Shown one piece after another: positions 17,775 through 26,530 of a stretch of 64,000 bases of DNA. Position 1 is the first letter of the stretch. Every line of letters begins with the position of its first letter. The stretch lies in contig CAWAMM010000009.1 of the NCBI GenBank assembly GCA_963783145.1, forward strand, positions 182,381 through 246,380, given 5' to 3'. Under the pieces are notes generated by a model. It was not told the origin of the DNA and did not search any database. It saw only the letters and a list, made by a program, of their open reading frames with translations. The stretch comes from an uncultured delta proteobacterium. GTDB lineage: Bacteria; Desulfobacterota; Binatia; Binatales; Binataceae. The translations under genes were made by a program, and so were the position numbers.

Positions 17775-18776
17775 CTAGAACTCGGACTTCAGCGCGCGGC
17801 TGAGCAATTCATCGACGATAGCTTTTGGCGGAGCTGCTTCATAGAGGGCTCGATACACCGCATCCACGATCGGCATCTCGATTCCAGAGCGGCGCGCCAG
17901 CATCCTGACCGAGCGCGCGTTGACGATGCCCTCGGCCACCGGCATCCCATCCTCCTGCGTCGCGGGGATTTTGAAGCCGCCGTCACGGCCGATCTTCATT
18001 CCGAGGCTTCGATTGCGCGATAAATCCCCGGTGCAGGTCAGGACCAGATCGCCGAGCCCCGCGAGTCCCATCACGGTTTCGCGTTTTCCCCCGGCGGCTT
18101 CGACCAGGCGCGCAATCTCGGCCAACCCGCGCGTGATAACCGCGGCGCGCGCGCTCGAGCCGAGGTCGAGACCGTCGCTGATACCGGCCGCGATCGCGAT
18201 CACGTTTTTGGCCGCGCCTGCCAGCTCGACCCCGACGACATCAGCACTGCGATAGACCCGCAGCGTCGGCGCCGCGAACAGATGCTGGACCTTTCGAGCG
18301 GCCTCTTCGTCACGCGAGGCGACGACCAACGCCGCAGGTTTTCCGCGCGCCACTTCGGCGGCGAAACCCGGACCGGAAAGCGCGGCATATGCGCGCACGT
18401 TGGGAACCACCTCGGCCAGCATCGCGGTCATGCTCGCGAGCGAGGTCTCCTCGATTCCTTTGGTTGCACTGACGAGGATTGCCTCCGCCGGGATAGCTCT
18501 TGCGATGTCCTTCATCGCGGACCGCGCGTATCGCGAGGGGACCGCGACCACGATCGCTGATGCTCCCGCGACCGCATCGGACCACGACGCCGTGAGTTCG
18601 ACATTCGAAGGAATCTCTACGCCCGGCAGGTAGGTGGAATTTTCACGCGTGCGGCTCAACTGCTGCAGCGATTCGTCGCGGCGCACGCCCAGCATCGTGT
18701 GATGCCCGTTGCGCGCGAGGATGATCGCCAGCGCGGTTCCCCACGCGCCCGCCCCGAGGATTGCGGCGGTTTCCAT
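17775..18776 (-). CDS. gpsA: NAD(P)H-dependent glycerol-3-phosphate dehydrogenase
   Basis: ATG 18776 (METAAILGAGAWGTALA, a Rossmann motif) lies 2 nt after the upstream stop. The GTG at 18791 would overlap that gene. GpsA-like throughout (..GLAGLGDLVLTCTGDLSRNR..). Confidence 0.9.
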   Translation of the reverse strand: METAAILGAGAWGTALAIILARNGHHTMLGVRRDESLQQLSRTRENSTYLPGVEIPSNVELTASWSDAVAGASAIVVAVPSRYARSAMKDIARAIPAEAILVSATKGIEETSLASMTAMLAEVVPNVRAYAALSGPGFAAEVARGKPAALVVASRDEEAARKVQHLFAAPTLRVYRSADVVGVELAGAAKNVIAIAAGISDGLDLGSSARAAVITRGLAEIARLVEAAGGKRETVMGLAGLGDLVLTCTGDLSRNRSLGMKIGRDGGFKIPATQEDGMPVAEGIVNARSVRMLARRSGIEMPIVDAVYRALYEAAPPKAIVDELLSRALKSEF

Positions 18777-18778
18777 CG

Positions 18779-19588
18779 TCAGCGCTTCCACGCCAGGTAG
18801 GCGAAAAATTCCGGCGGCTCGCCGCGCAGGATGCCGGATGGCTCCACGGCAAGGATCGCCGCGCGCAGGTCGCGTTCGAAGGCAGCGACCCGATCGCCCA
18901 GGATGCGGCGGCTGCAGAACGACATCGAGTAGAGATTTCCGATCATCGAGTCGATCGTCCAGGTGATTTCCAAAGGCTCGGTGTGGGAGATCAGATCGGT
19001 AAAGCGCGAGCGCCGTAGATAGGCCTCGTGCAGCTCGTCAGGCTGCGGACTGCGAACGTCCCAGGGAAGCGGCCGATCGCCGACATACTTCCTGACAACT
19101 TGGTTGACGGCCACACGCCACGGCGTCGGCGGTGGGGGCGATAGCGGTGCGCCCTCGCCTACGACCGCAATCCCTCCGCCCGCGATCACGAGATCATAGA
19201 GCGCGTCGAGGGTGCGCTCGCGATCCATCCAATGGAAGGAGTTTCCCATCGTGACCAAACGGAACGAACCGACCGCAGCGGAGAGATCCTCGGAGCTGCC
19301 GCGCCGCCATTCGATGTTTGAAACCGAGGCACGCTCGGCCTGGGCCCTTCCCTCGGCCAGCATGTCAGGTTCGGGATCCATCGCGACCACCTTCTCGAAC
19401 AGATGCGCCAGCCGAATCGCTACCGGCCCCGGACCGCATCCGAGATCGAGCAGCCTCCCGCTACCGTCGAGGCCGAAGGTATCGCGCAAAAGGGAGACGA
19501 GAGTTTCCGGATAGCGCGGGCGGAAGCGCGAGTAGTACCAGGCGGTGCCCTTATAGATGTCCGGGTCGTGTTTCGATAGTTCGGCCAT
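18779..19588 (-). CDS. Class I SAM-dependent methyltransferase
   Basis: Start taken at ATG 19588 (MAELSKHD...), just after the upstream gene's stop at 19593. Motif I is LLDLGCGPGP. The substrate is unknown. Confidence 0.75.
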   Translation of the reverse strand: MAELSKHDPDIYKGTAWYYSRFRPRYPETLVSLLRDTFGLDGSGRLLDLGCGPGPVAIRLAHLFEKVVAMDPEPDMLAEGRAQAERASVSNIEWRRGSSEDLSAAVGSFRLVTMGNSFHWMDRERTLDALYDLVIAGGGIAVVGEGAPLSPPPPTPWRVAVNQVVRKYVGDRPLPWDVRSPQPDELHEAYLRRSRFTDLISHTEPLEITWTIDSMIGNLYSMSFCSRRILGDRVAAFERDLRAAILAVEPSGILRGEPPEFFAYLAWKR

Positions 19589-19592
19589 GGTC

Positions 19593-20213
19593 TCAGGAGA
19601 CCGATCGAAGCACGCGATAGAGCGGCTCCAACTCGCTGAACGCATCGAGGAGTTCAGCGCGATCGAGGTGCAGCGCGTCGGTGACTCGCCATCCGAAGCC
19701 GACATCGAGGGTGCCGGTTTTCTTGCCGAATGTCTCAGCGATCGATTCGAAGAACGCCGGGTCCGCGGTCATCGTTAGCGGAAGACTGCGGAAATTCCAA
19801 TTCTCGTAGTGCGCGATCCTGGTCCCGCGGAAAGATTGCGCCAGCTCCGATGCCTTCGCGCGGATCTTTGCGCCCATCTCGGGACGCTGGTCGGCTTCAT
19901 TTTTCACCACGGCGCGGGCATGCAGTCCAGCCGCCGAAATACATAGCGCCAGATATCCATACTTTTTGTAGCCCTTGGGCGAGGGGCCGAACGCGGCCCA
20001 CGTTTCCGGCGGCGGATTCACGGTGCGCCGCGCGTGTTTTGCCACATGCGGAAAGAATTCCAGGTGCAGCTTCCTCGATAACTCGGGCGCCAGCTCGTTG
20101 CCGAGCTTCACCAGCTTGGGGCGCACGTGCCGATAGAGCAGCTCCATGCGCGGGCCGAAGCCCTCGACCTCGAAGACCTCGAAATCCCGCGGCTTGAATC
20201 CCAGGGTGGACAA
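19593..20213 (-). CDS. DUF1054 (YktB/UPF0637)-like protein
   Basis: ..LGFKPRDFEVFEVEGFGPRMELLYRHVRPKLVKLG...HVAKHARRTVNPPPETWAAFG.. resembles the DUF1054 family from memory. A TTG at 20213 is proposed as the start because the track ORF start (20327) lies inside the upstream GFA gene. The start is uncertain. Confidence 0.45.
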   Translation of the reverse strand: MSTLGFKPRDFEVFEVEGFGPRMELLYRHVRPKLVKLGNELAPELSRKLHLEFFPHVAKHARRTVNPPPETWAAFGPSPKGYKKYGYLALCISAAGLHARAVVKNEADQRPEMGAKIRAKASELAQSFRGTRIAHYENWNFRSLPLTMTADPAFFESIAETFGKKTGTLDVGFGWRVTDALHLDRAELLDAFSELEPLYRVLRSVS

Positions 20214-20215
20214 GA

Positions 20216-20665
20216 TTACTGCTCCCGCGCTGAGCGCTTCGCCTTGTAGCTCGCGACGTTCGCCTCCCAATTCTGCCCGTCGAAATATTCGATCTTCAAT
20301 GACGCGAGGTCGACGCCCTCGAGGCATCTGACGTTGATGTCGACTTTATCGGGATCGGAGCGCGGGATGTAAAACGATGCGACCCCGCAGCGCGGACAAA
20401 AATGATGCTTCGCAACGCCGGTGTTGAAGCTGTAGGTCGCCAGATCGGTCGCCGGCGTCAGCAGCCGGAAGGCTTCGCGCGCGACGATCCAATGCAGGTA
20501 GCCCTTTTTGGTGCAGATCGAGCAGTTGCACTGTTCAGCCTTGTTTAGCGCGCCGGTCACCTCGAAGGCGACCCGCCCGCAATGGCATCCGCCACGATAA
20601 ACACGCGTTTCGATTGAAGAATTCCTCACTGCGCGCTTCCCTAGGGTACCGAGAAGTTTAGACAT
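20216..20665 (-). CDS. GFA (glutathione-dependent formaldehyde-activating / CENP-V) family protein
   Basis: The Cys pattern GGCHCGRV...CNCSIC...HHFCPRCG is typical of the GFA zinc-binding fold. ATG 20665 is preferred over TTG 20683. Confidence 0.75.
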   Translation of the reverse strand: MSKLLGTLGKRAVRNSSIETRVYRGGCHCGRVAFEVTGALNKAEQCNCSICTKKGYLHWIVAREAFRLLTPATDLATYSFNTGVAKHHFCPRCGVASFYIPRSDPDKVDINVRCLEGVDLASLKIEYFDGQNWEANVASYKAKRSAREQ

Positions 20666-20835
20666 GCGATCATTGGCGGGCAAACGAGTGTCGGCTTTCT
20701 CACCAAAACCTCAACCGCATCGAATTATCATCGATCGTACGCCGTCAGCGTTGGGAGGGCAGTAGAGCTCAGCCGGAGGATTTCGCGCCTACCTTCATTT
20801 CCTCAGCGCCGGCAAATCAATCAAGGAGAACCATC

Positions 20836-21276
20836 ATGAAACGTTTTGCGACTTTTTTAACTGCTTCAATGTTCGCGTTAGCGATGTCTATTCCGTGTGC
20901 GGCGTTGGCGCAGGCTGGTGGTGGCGGTGGCGCGGGTGGCGGCGCGGCGGGTGGTGGCGGCGGTGGGGCACCGATGGGTGGGCCGGGCGCGGCGAGTCAG
21001 TCGAATGGCTCCGGTCCGGGAAGCCCAAGTTATAGCGGTAATGCGGCGTCGGGCCCCGGAAGTCCGAGCTATGGCGCAGGGGCCGCATCCGGTCCGGGTA
21101 GCCCGATGTATAACAGCGGTCCTGGCGGAATCGGGGCGAACGGCAACGCGACCAACGGTTCCGGCAACCTCGCCAACAGCCCCAACGCATGGACCGGCGC
21201 GGGAAGCGCCGGCAATGCGAATCCGAACGTGAATGGAAGCGCACAGAACAATTCAGAAGCGCCGCAAACCAATTAA
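20836..21276 (+). CDS. Secreted Gly/Ser/Asn/Pro-rich low-complexity repeat protein
   Basis: 146 aa. Signal peptide MKRFATFLTASMFALAMSIPCAALAQA, then a poly-Gly/Ala stretch, then GPGSPSY-type repeats. SD ggaga lies upstream and an intrinsic terminator downstream. Confidence 0.6.
   Translation: MKRFATFLTASMFALAMSIPCAALAQAGGGGGAGGGAAGGGGGGAPMGGPGAASQSNGSGPGSPSYSGNAASGPGSPSYGAGAASGPGSPMYNSGPGGIGANGNATNGSGNLANSPNAWTGAGSAGNANPNVNGSAQNNSEAPQTN
21013..21111 (+). repeat. In-frame 39-nt tandem repeat (about 2.5 copies) encoding GPGSP(S/M)Y + spacer
   Basis: Units start at 21013, 21052 and 21091: ggtccgggaagcccaagttat / ggccccggaagtccgagctat / ggtccgggtagcccgatgtat. Confidence 0.7.
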
Positions 21277-21304
21277 CGATGCGACCGCATCGCGATCGAA
21301 GGAG

Positions 21305-21331
21305 GCCCGGAGTTCCCGGGCTTCTTTTTTT
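21305..21331 (+). terminator. Rho-independent terminator
   Basis: gcccgg (21305-10) pairs with ccgggc (21316-21) across the loop agttc, followed by ttcttttttt. Confidence 0.7.
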
Positions 21332-21431
21332 GCATGAAGCCGTCGGCGGCTTGCATGATTTTCCCCCGCGCATGCTAATAGTCGAGCCTGAGCCGCGCGG
21401 CGGCATCATTTAATCAAGGACATCACAGGCG

Positions 21432-22595
21432 ATGGCGACACGTGCCGAGGGTATTTGCGATCCGAAGTTCCGCAGGGTCCGGCAGGCTTTCGAAGACAAT
21501 TTCGCAAGCCGCGGCGAGGTGGGCGCGTCGGTCGCCCTGACCATCGATGGCAAGCACGTGGTGGATCTGTGGGGCGGATATGCCGACCGAAAGAAGACTC
21601 GGCCGTGGACGCGCGACACCCTGGTCAATGTCTACTCGACGACCAAGGGACTGACCGCCATCTGCGCCCATCGCCTGGTTGACGAGGGCAAGCTCGACCT
21701 CGATGCGCCGGTGGCAAAGTACTGGCCCGAGTTCGCGCAGGCCGGCAAGGAAAAATTGCCGGTGCGGTATCTGTTAAGTCATCGCGCGGGACTGCCGGCG
21801 GTGCGCAAGCCGCTGCAAGCGACTGACCTCTTCAACTGGGACACGATGTGCGCTGCGTTTGCCGCGCAGGAGCCGTGGTGGGAGCCGGGCAAGAAGCATG
21901 GCTACCATGCGCTGAGCTTCGGCTTCCTGGTCGGCGAAGTGATCCGCCGGATTACCGGCAAAAGCCCCGGCACTTATTTACGCGACGAACTGGCGCGACC
22001 GCTCGGCCTCGATTGTCACATCGGCCTGGATGCGAGCCATGATGGCCGGGTCGCGAGCATGATTCCTTCGCCGCCGCCACCTCCGGGAGCGCCCAACATT
22101 TTTGCCGAGATGGGCAAGAATCCGGAATCGGTGACCGCCAAGACCTTCAACAATCCTCCGACCATGATGAGACCGGAGTATGGCGCCAACTCGCGGATCT
22201 GGCGCGGCGCGGAACTTCCCGCCGCCAATGGCCATAGCACGGCGCGCGCGCTGGCGCGGCTCTATGGTGCGCTCGCGCGTGGAGGTGAAGTGGATGGGGT
22301 GCGGGTGCTGAAGCCGTCGGGCATCGCACGCTGCTACGACGAGCAATCCTACGGGCCCGACGAGGTGCTGATGCTGACGACGCGCTTTTCGCTGGGCTTC
22401 ATGATGTCGCAGCCGGGTGCGGCGCTCGGTCCCAATCCACATTCCTTCGGGCATCCGGGCGCGGGCGGCTCGCTGGGATTCGCCGATCCCGACGCGAAAG
22501 TAGGATTCGGCTACACTATGAATCAGATGGCGGCGGGGATCCTCATCGATCCGCGCGCGACGGCACTGATCGATGCGGCCTACGAATCGCTGTAG
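21432..22595 (+). CDS. Serine hydrolase, beta-lactamase/class C-related esterase family
   Basis: 387 aa. S-x-x-K motif (YSTTKGL), YLLSHRAGL, and C-terminal GHPGAGGSLGFADP are typical of EstB-like family VIII esterases. Confidence 0.8.
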   Translation: MATRAEGICDPKFRRVRQAFEDNFASRGEVGASVALTIDGKHVVDLWGGYADRKKTRPWTRDTLVNVYSTTKGLTAICAHRLVDEGKLDLDAPVAKYWPEFAQAGKEKLPVRYLLSHRAGLPAVRKPLQATDLFNWDTMCAAFAAQEPWWEPGKKHGYHALSFGFLVGEVIRRITGKSPGTYLRDELARPLGLDCHIGLDASHDGRVASMIPSPPPPPGAPNIFAEMGKNPESVTAKTFNNPPTMMRPEYGANSRIWRGAELPAANGHSTARALARLYGALARGGEVDGVRVLKPSGIARCYDEQSYGPDEVLMLTTRFSLGFMMSQPGAALGPNPHSFGHPGAGGSLGFADPDAKVGFGYTMNQMAAGILIDPRATALIDAAYESL

Positions 22596-22609
22596 GAATT
22601 TGAATCGGG

Positions 22610-22637
22610 ACTTCGCTCGGGGGCGAAGTTTTGTTTA
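22610..22637 (+). terminator. Rho-independent terminator
   Basis: acttcgc (22610-16) pairs with gcgaagt (22623-29) across the loop tcgggg, followed by tttgttt. Confidence 0.65.
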
Positions 22638-22725
22638 TGGCGTCATTCGATCGGATGGAGCCACTGGCGCCGAGCAAATGACGCCACTTGATGCAAGCTT
22701 GGCAGGAGCCTAGAATCTAGATTCC

Positions 22726-23136
22726 GTGGCGAGCGGTGGCAACGGAAAGCGGATATCAGCGCGCGAACTTGAACTGCAATATCAACTGCGGTTTCGAAGA
22801 CTTGATTTACTCGCCAAAGCGCTCGACTTGTTGATTCCCGGATTGGTCGGCGTCGCCATTGTCTATTTTGGCGTTTATCGTACGGCACATGAACTAGCAA
22901 ACAAGACGACTACCGCGGAACTGGGAATCAAGCTATTAGGCGACGCGAAGCCTGATCAACTGATCAGTTACGTCACTGCGCTCGTAGGCTGGATTTTCGG
23001 GTTAAACGCACAGAGGCTACGCCGAAATACAACAGAACGATTGACAAAGCGTATTCAAGAATTGGAGAAACAGAAGGATCCGAACCGAACCACGAGCGGT
23101 TTGACGCCGAGAGGCTTAACCCCGCCAGAGGAATAG
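22726..23136 (+). CDS. Hypothetical two-TM protein with charged/coiled C-terminus (islet gene 1)
   Basis: 136 aa with a GTG start. TM helices LLIPGLVGVAIVYFGVY and LISYVTALVGWIFGL, C-terminal ...RLTKRIQELEKQKDP... It lies in the lower-GC region. I recognise no family. Confidence 0.4.
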   Translation: MASGGNGKRISARELELQYQLRFRRLDLLAKALDLLIPGLVGVAIVYFGVYRTAHELANKTTTAELGIKLLGDAKPDQLISYVTALVGWIFGLNAQRLRRNTTERLTKRIQELEKQKDPNRTTSGLTPRGLTPPEE

Positions 23137-23142
23137 GCTGTT

Positions 23143-23697
23143 ATGGACTCGACAACTGCTGCGTGCGTCATGCGGATAAGCATCGGATTGTTGTTCCTTT
23201 GGGGCTTGTTTTATCTGAGCATCCGGCAACTTTTGCTCGACAACGTCCGCCAACGAATATTTGCGCTCCGCGACCAAGTATTCGACTTTGCTGCCGACGG
23301 CGGAATCGCGTTTGACGACCTTGCATACCGTGGACTGCGAGACAATCTTAACAATCTGATCCGTTTTGCCAACAGACTTAGTGCGATCCGTGTGATCGTG
23401 GCTTTACGGGTATCCTTACCCGAGGAAAGCGCTAAACAATATGAAGCGTGGCGGCAACGGGTAAACCAGCTAAATCCTGTACAACGACGCGTTCTCTTAA
23501 GCGCGGAACATGATGCGAGTGTGGCCCTGGTTCGATATGTTTTTCAACGTTCGTTGTTTCTCTATGCCGTTTATTTGTTGATGCAGCTTGCGTCTCTGTG
23601 GATATCGACGGTACGCCGCTTTTATAGCGAGCTGCTTCCGAGTCTAGCGGCACAACTAGAAGTGCAAGCCCGCGAAGAATACAAATCGGCGGCTTAA
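23143..23697 (+). CDS. Hypothetical membrane protein (islet gene 2)
   Basis: 184 aa, starting 6 nt after gene 1. N-terminal TM (ISIGLLFLWGLFYLSI), a helical soluble middle part, and a C-terminal TM (LFLYAVYLLMQLASLWISTV). I recognise no family. Confidence 0.45.
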   Translation: MDSTTAACVMRISIGLLFLWGLFYLSIRQLLLDNVRQRIFALRDQVFDFAADGGIAFDDLAYRGLRDNLNNLIRFANRLSAIRVIVALRVSLPEESAKQYEAWRQRVNQLNPVQRRVLLSAEHDASVALVRYVFQRSLFLYAVYLLMQLASLWISTVRRFYSELLPSLAAQLEVQAREEYKSAA

Positions 23698-23748
23698 AGA
23701 CGTTTCATTTCTTCGGGCTCGGTCTCTCTGCCGCTCTACCGCCTTGGA

Positions 23749-24240
23749 TCAGGTACGGCTGAATGGAGTGCGCCTGCCAAGCGTATCAGGCAGCGTCACC
23801 GGCGGTGCCTCTTCCGGCTCTTGGGCGGCTTGGATTAAACTCCACATCGACCAGATTTGATCCGTGACGCTAAGGGCCACCGCTGGCGTCATACGCTGCG
23901 TTTCGTGGACGCGGCAGAGATTGTAAAAGCGAACCCACAATGCGATTGCCGCGCGACGTTCGCGTGCCTCTTGGAAAATCCATTCGTCAACCGCGTGAAG
24001 CGGCGCATCTGCATCCAAGACGACAGATTGAAGCGTTCCACGTATGACGTGCTGATATGTTCGGTCGTTGGGCATCCTCTTATCACAGTCTGTTCCGTGC
24101 CAGTGACTTTGCTCGGCGAGTAGCGGTGCGCTGCATTGGTCGCAGTGCCTTCGACGGCGTAGTGCTTCCCGAGGGGTGTGAAGTCTACATCATCGCCGAA
24201 TGCCCTTCCATCGCAGGCGGATAGCCCGGATAGCCGCCGC
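23749..24240 (-). pseudogene. Frameshifted C-terminal relic of a DDE transposase
   Basis: Two overlapping minus-strand frames carry consecutive pieces. The first is ..[55 protein letters not shown] (ORF 23889..24479). The second is ..[35 protein letters not shown] (ORF 23749..24075). Together they match the C-terminal half of a transposase family I remember as ...[37 protein letters not shown]. The N-terminal half is missing. The IS family name is uncertain. Confidence 0.6.
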
Positions 24241-24407
24241 TGCTGATCTGGACTCGATTCACGATGGGTGGCCCAAGTCGGTAAAAAACTCCCGCGTAGA
24301 GATTTCGTTCTGCTTTCCGACCGTGTAGCTGATGATCGCCGTCTGTGTGGCCGCCAGCGCGATGTAGTCCTGCCCGTTCTCGCCCGCTCCGTTGGGGCAA
24401 GTACATT

Positions 24408-24620
24408 ATGGCGTTCGTCTATGACGCGATTGACGGTGACGTGGGTAAGAAACTGCGAGAGATAAATCCCGATCCTCATTTTCGCCTAAGCCATCATCAG
24501 TGGTTGAAGGAATTCGGGCGGCAAAAGGTTCACGATCAGATCGAACGGGTAATTACGATAATGAAGCTCTGCGACGACTTGGACGATTTTCGACGCAAGT
24601 TTGCATGGGTTTTTAAGAAA
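24408..24620 (+). pseudogene. P63C-domain-like C-terminal fragment (phage-associated)
   Basis: ..[50 protein letters not shown].. resembles the C-terminal HHQ.LT...G motif region of P63C-domain proteins as I recall them. It is far too short to be a complete gene. Confidence 0.3.
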
Positions 24621-24659
24621 AGCGATGGTGGAACAAATGAGTTTCAACTGGGATCAGCC

Positions 24660-24934
24660 ATGAAGCTTCGCCACGCCCCTGGGCTCGCGCTCGTGGGCTG
24701 GTACCTGATGATTCCGCCAATCGGTATAAACGGATCGGTGGATACCGATGCTCCCCTGAGAAAGTGGAAAATATCAAGCAGCTATGACGACGCTCGTGAA
24801 TGCACCGATGTGATGCTGTCTTCGCAGGGCTACATGCCCGATCCGCAAACAGGAAGAAAAGTCCTGTCACGAGCAATCAGCGGTTATTGGACGAGGCTTG
24901 CATTTCGACTGACGATCCGCGCCTTGGGAAATGA
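24660..24934 (+). pseudogene. Small exported protein (WYLMIPP-type), probably frameshifted near its 3' end
   Basis: MKLRHAPGLALVGWYLMIPP...APLRKWKISSSYDDARECTD... begins at ATG 24660. In that frame the ORF runs 260 nt into the antisense of the ImmA gene. A shifted frame reads ...DEACISTDDPRLGK-stop, ending at 24934, just before the ImmA stop at 24951. Confidence 0.3.
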
Positions 24935-24950
24935 CGCCAGTGCCGAAGTT

Positions 24951-25826
24951 CTAGAGGCCGGCCTTTTCGAGCAGCGCGCAGCGGAGCTTGAAGAAGTGCA
25001 CCATCGAGGTGAGATAGCGCACCCGCCATACGTTGCCCATTTTGCGCTCGGTCAGATCCAGATCGTAGCGCGTCCCGACCAAACCGTAGGCGCGCCGGAT
25101 GCGCCCGAAAAGCTCGTCGGATTTTCCGGGAATGACGTTTTTCAGCGGACCGATTTCCTTGATCAGGTCGCGGCCGTAGGCGGAGAAAGCCACCAGGCTA
25201 TCGGCGAATAGCTCATCTTCCTCATGAAGATGATTGCTGAAAGTTCCCTCGAGAAACGCCGCCATCGGGGCGCGCTCGCCGACCAGCGAACCATAGATGT
25301 AGTGCCCAATCTCATGGCCGAAGGTCGCGACCACCGCGCCCGGATGGTGCGCGGTATTGAGAAAGATAACGAATTTGTTTTTGGCGCCCACGTTGGCGCG
25401 ACAGAAGAAGCCGCGCAGCGCGAGACCTGCACCCTCGAGGTAGGGCTCGGCGCGGAGTTCGAGATCACGCCCGCCGAACAGCTTGGTAATAACGGGCAGG
25501 ATTTCGGGAGCCTCCCACGGCTTCTTGCCTGCCTGATACCAGGAAGCCATCGCATCCTTAATGTCTGAATCGACGACGCGGGACAATTCCTTGAGGAGAT
25601 TTTTGTCGGGAAGGTCCGCTTCTTCCAGGTAGTCGGCAGAGAGGACCTTCTTCAGATCCGCCAAATGACCCAAGACCCGTTTGCCGAGCGAGGGGAAGGG
25701 GATTTTGACTTCGGTGAGGAGCTTGGAAACGAGGCCGTCAACTTCACGTGCCGTCAACGCATCGGGTTGGCCGCTGAGGGCAACCTGCTTGCGGGAAGTG
25801 GCTATCGATAGCGAACGTGCGCTCAT
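24951..25826 (-). CDS. ImmA/IrrE family metallopeptidase
   Basis: 291 aa. HEXXH motif in ATFGHEIGHYIYG with downstream EDELFADSLVAF. It is paired with an upstream XRE regulator on the same strand. Confidence 0.75.
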   Translation of the reverse strand: MSARSLSIATSRKQVALSGQPDALTAREVDGLVSKLLTEVKIPFPSLGKRVLGHLADLKKVLSADYLEEADLPDKNLLKELSRVVDSDIKDAMASWYQAGKKPWEAPEILPVITKLFGGRDLELRAEPYLEGAGLALRGFFCRANVGAKNKFVIFLNTAHHPGAVVATFGHEIGHYIYGSLVGERAPMAAFLEGTFSNHLHEEDELFADSLVAFSAYGRDLIKEIGPLKNVIPGKSDELFGRIRRAYGLVGTRYDLDLTERKMGNVWRVRYLTSMVHFFKLRCALLEKAGL

Positions 25827-26101
25827 AATAGGAACGACTTTAGGAATTACTCAGATGCAACGGTGTGTCAATATCCCCTACCATTTGTCGCATTGAGCCA
25901 AAGCGGGTGGTAGGGAGCAATGGGGAGCAGGAACCCCAACTAATCGACCGACGCGACATCGTATATAACCACCTATAGTCCGAACCTCCCATCAACGCCT
26001 ATTTTTTAGGCATCGAAAATATTGTCAACTATCCCGCCTTCGCGCTGATTGATTTAGCTTTCAGGCCCCAGAATCATACTTACTTCCCGAATTCGCTCGG
26101 T

Positions 26102-26530
26102 TCAGACACTCGCGACCAGCGACTGGCGAATCGTGTTCAGGATGTAGAGGAAATCGCGTGAGCTGCGAACCTCGCCCATCATTGCCACCTGCGAGAGCAT
26201 GTCCAACTCGCGAGGTTTGATCTGGTGAAGTTGATGTAATTGTACATTTAGACGAAATGCCTCCCACGCCGAGGCCTCCGAGGCTTCCGGCTGCGGGGTC
26301 AGCATCGCCTTCGCGTTTGGGTTGGCGAGGAAGAACAGCTCGCGCCGGTCAAATCCCAACACATCCGCGATGCGGGTCAGGATCTCATCCGAGGGATGAC
26401 GTTTGCCGGATTCGATATGCCCGATGTAGGGCGTCGAAGTGCGGATGCGCCGCGCCAATTCGTCCTGGGTGAGTTCCAGCTGGCGTCTGCGGTCGCGAAT
26501 CAGCCGTCCAAATCTGCTCTGGTCATTCAT
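26102..26530 (-). CDS. XRE-family helix-turn-helix transcriptional regulator
   Basis: 142 aa. FGRLIRDRRRQLELTQDELARRIRTSTPYIGHIESGKRHPS is a canonical Cro/C1-type HTH. Confidence 0.85.
   Translation of the reverse strand: MNDQSRFGRLIRDRRRQLELTQDELARRIRTSTPYIGHIESGKRHPSDEILTRIADVLGFDRRELFFLANPNAKAMLTPQPEASEASAWEAFRLNVQLHQLHQIKPRELDMLSQVAMMGEVRSSRDFLYILNTIRQSLVASV

Noticed and set aside
24345-25211. Single 288-aa protein as given in the ORF track
   Set aside because: It is a composite: junk N-terminus, a P63C-like fragment, a small exported-protein relic, then the antisense of the ImmA gene. I treated these as separate relics.
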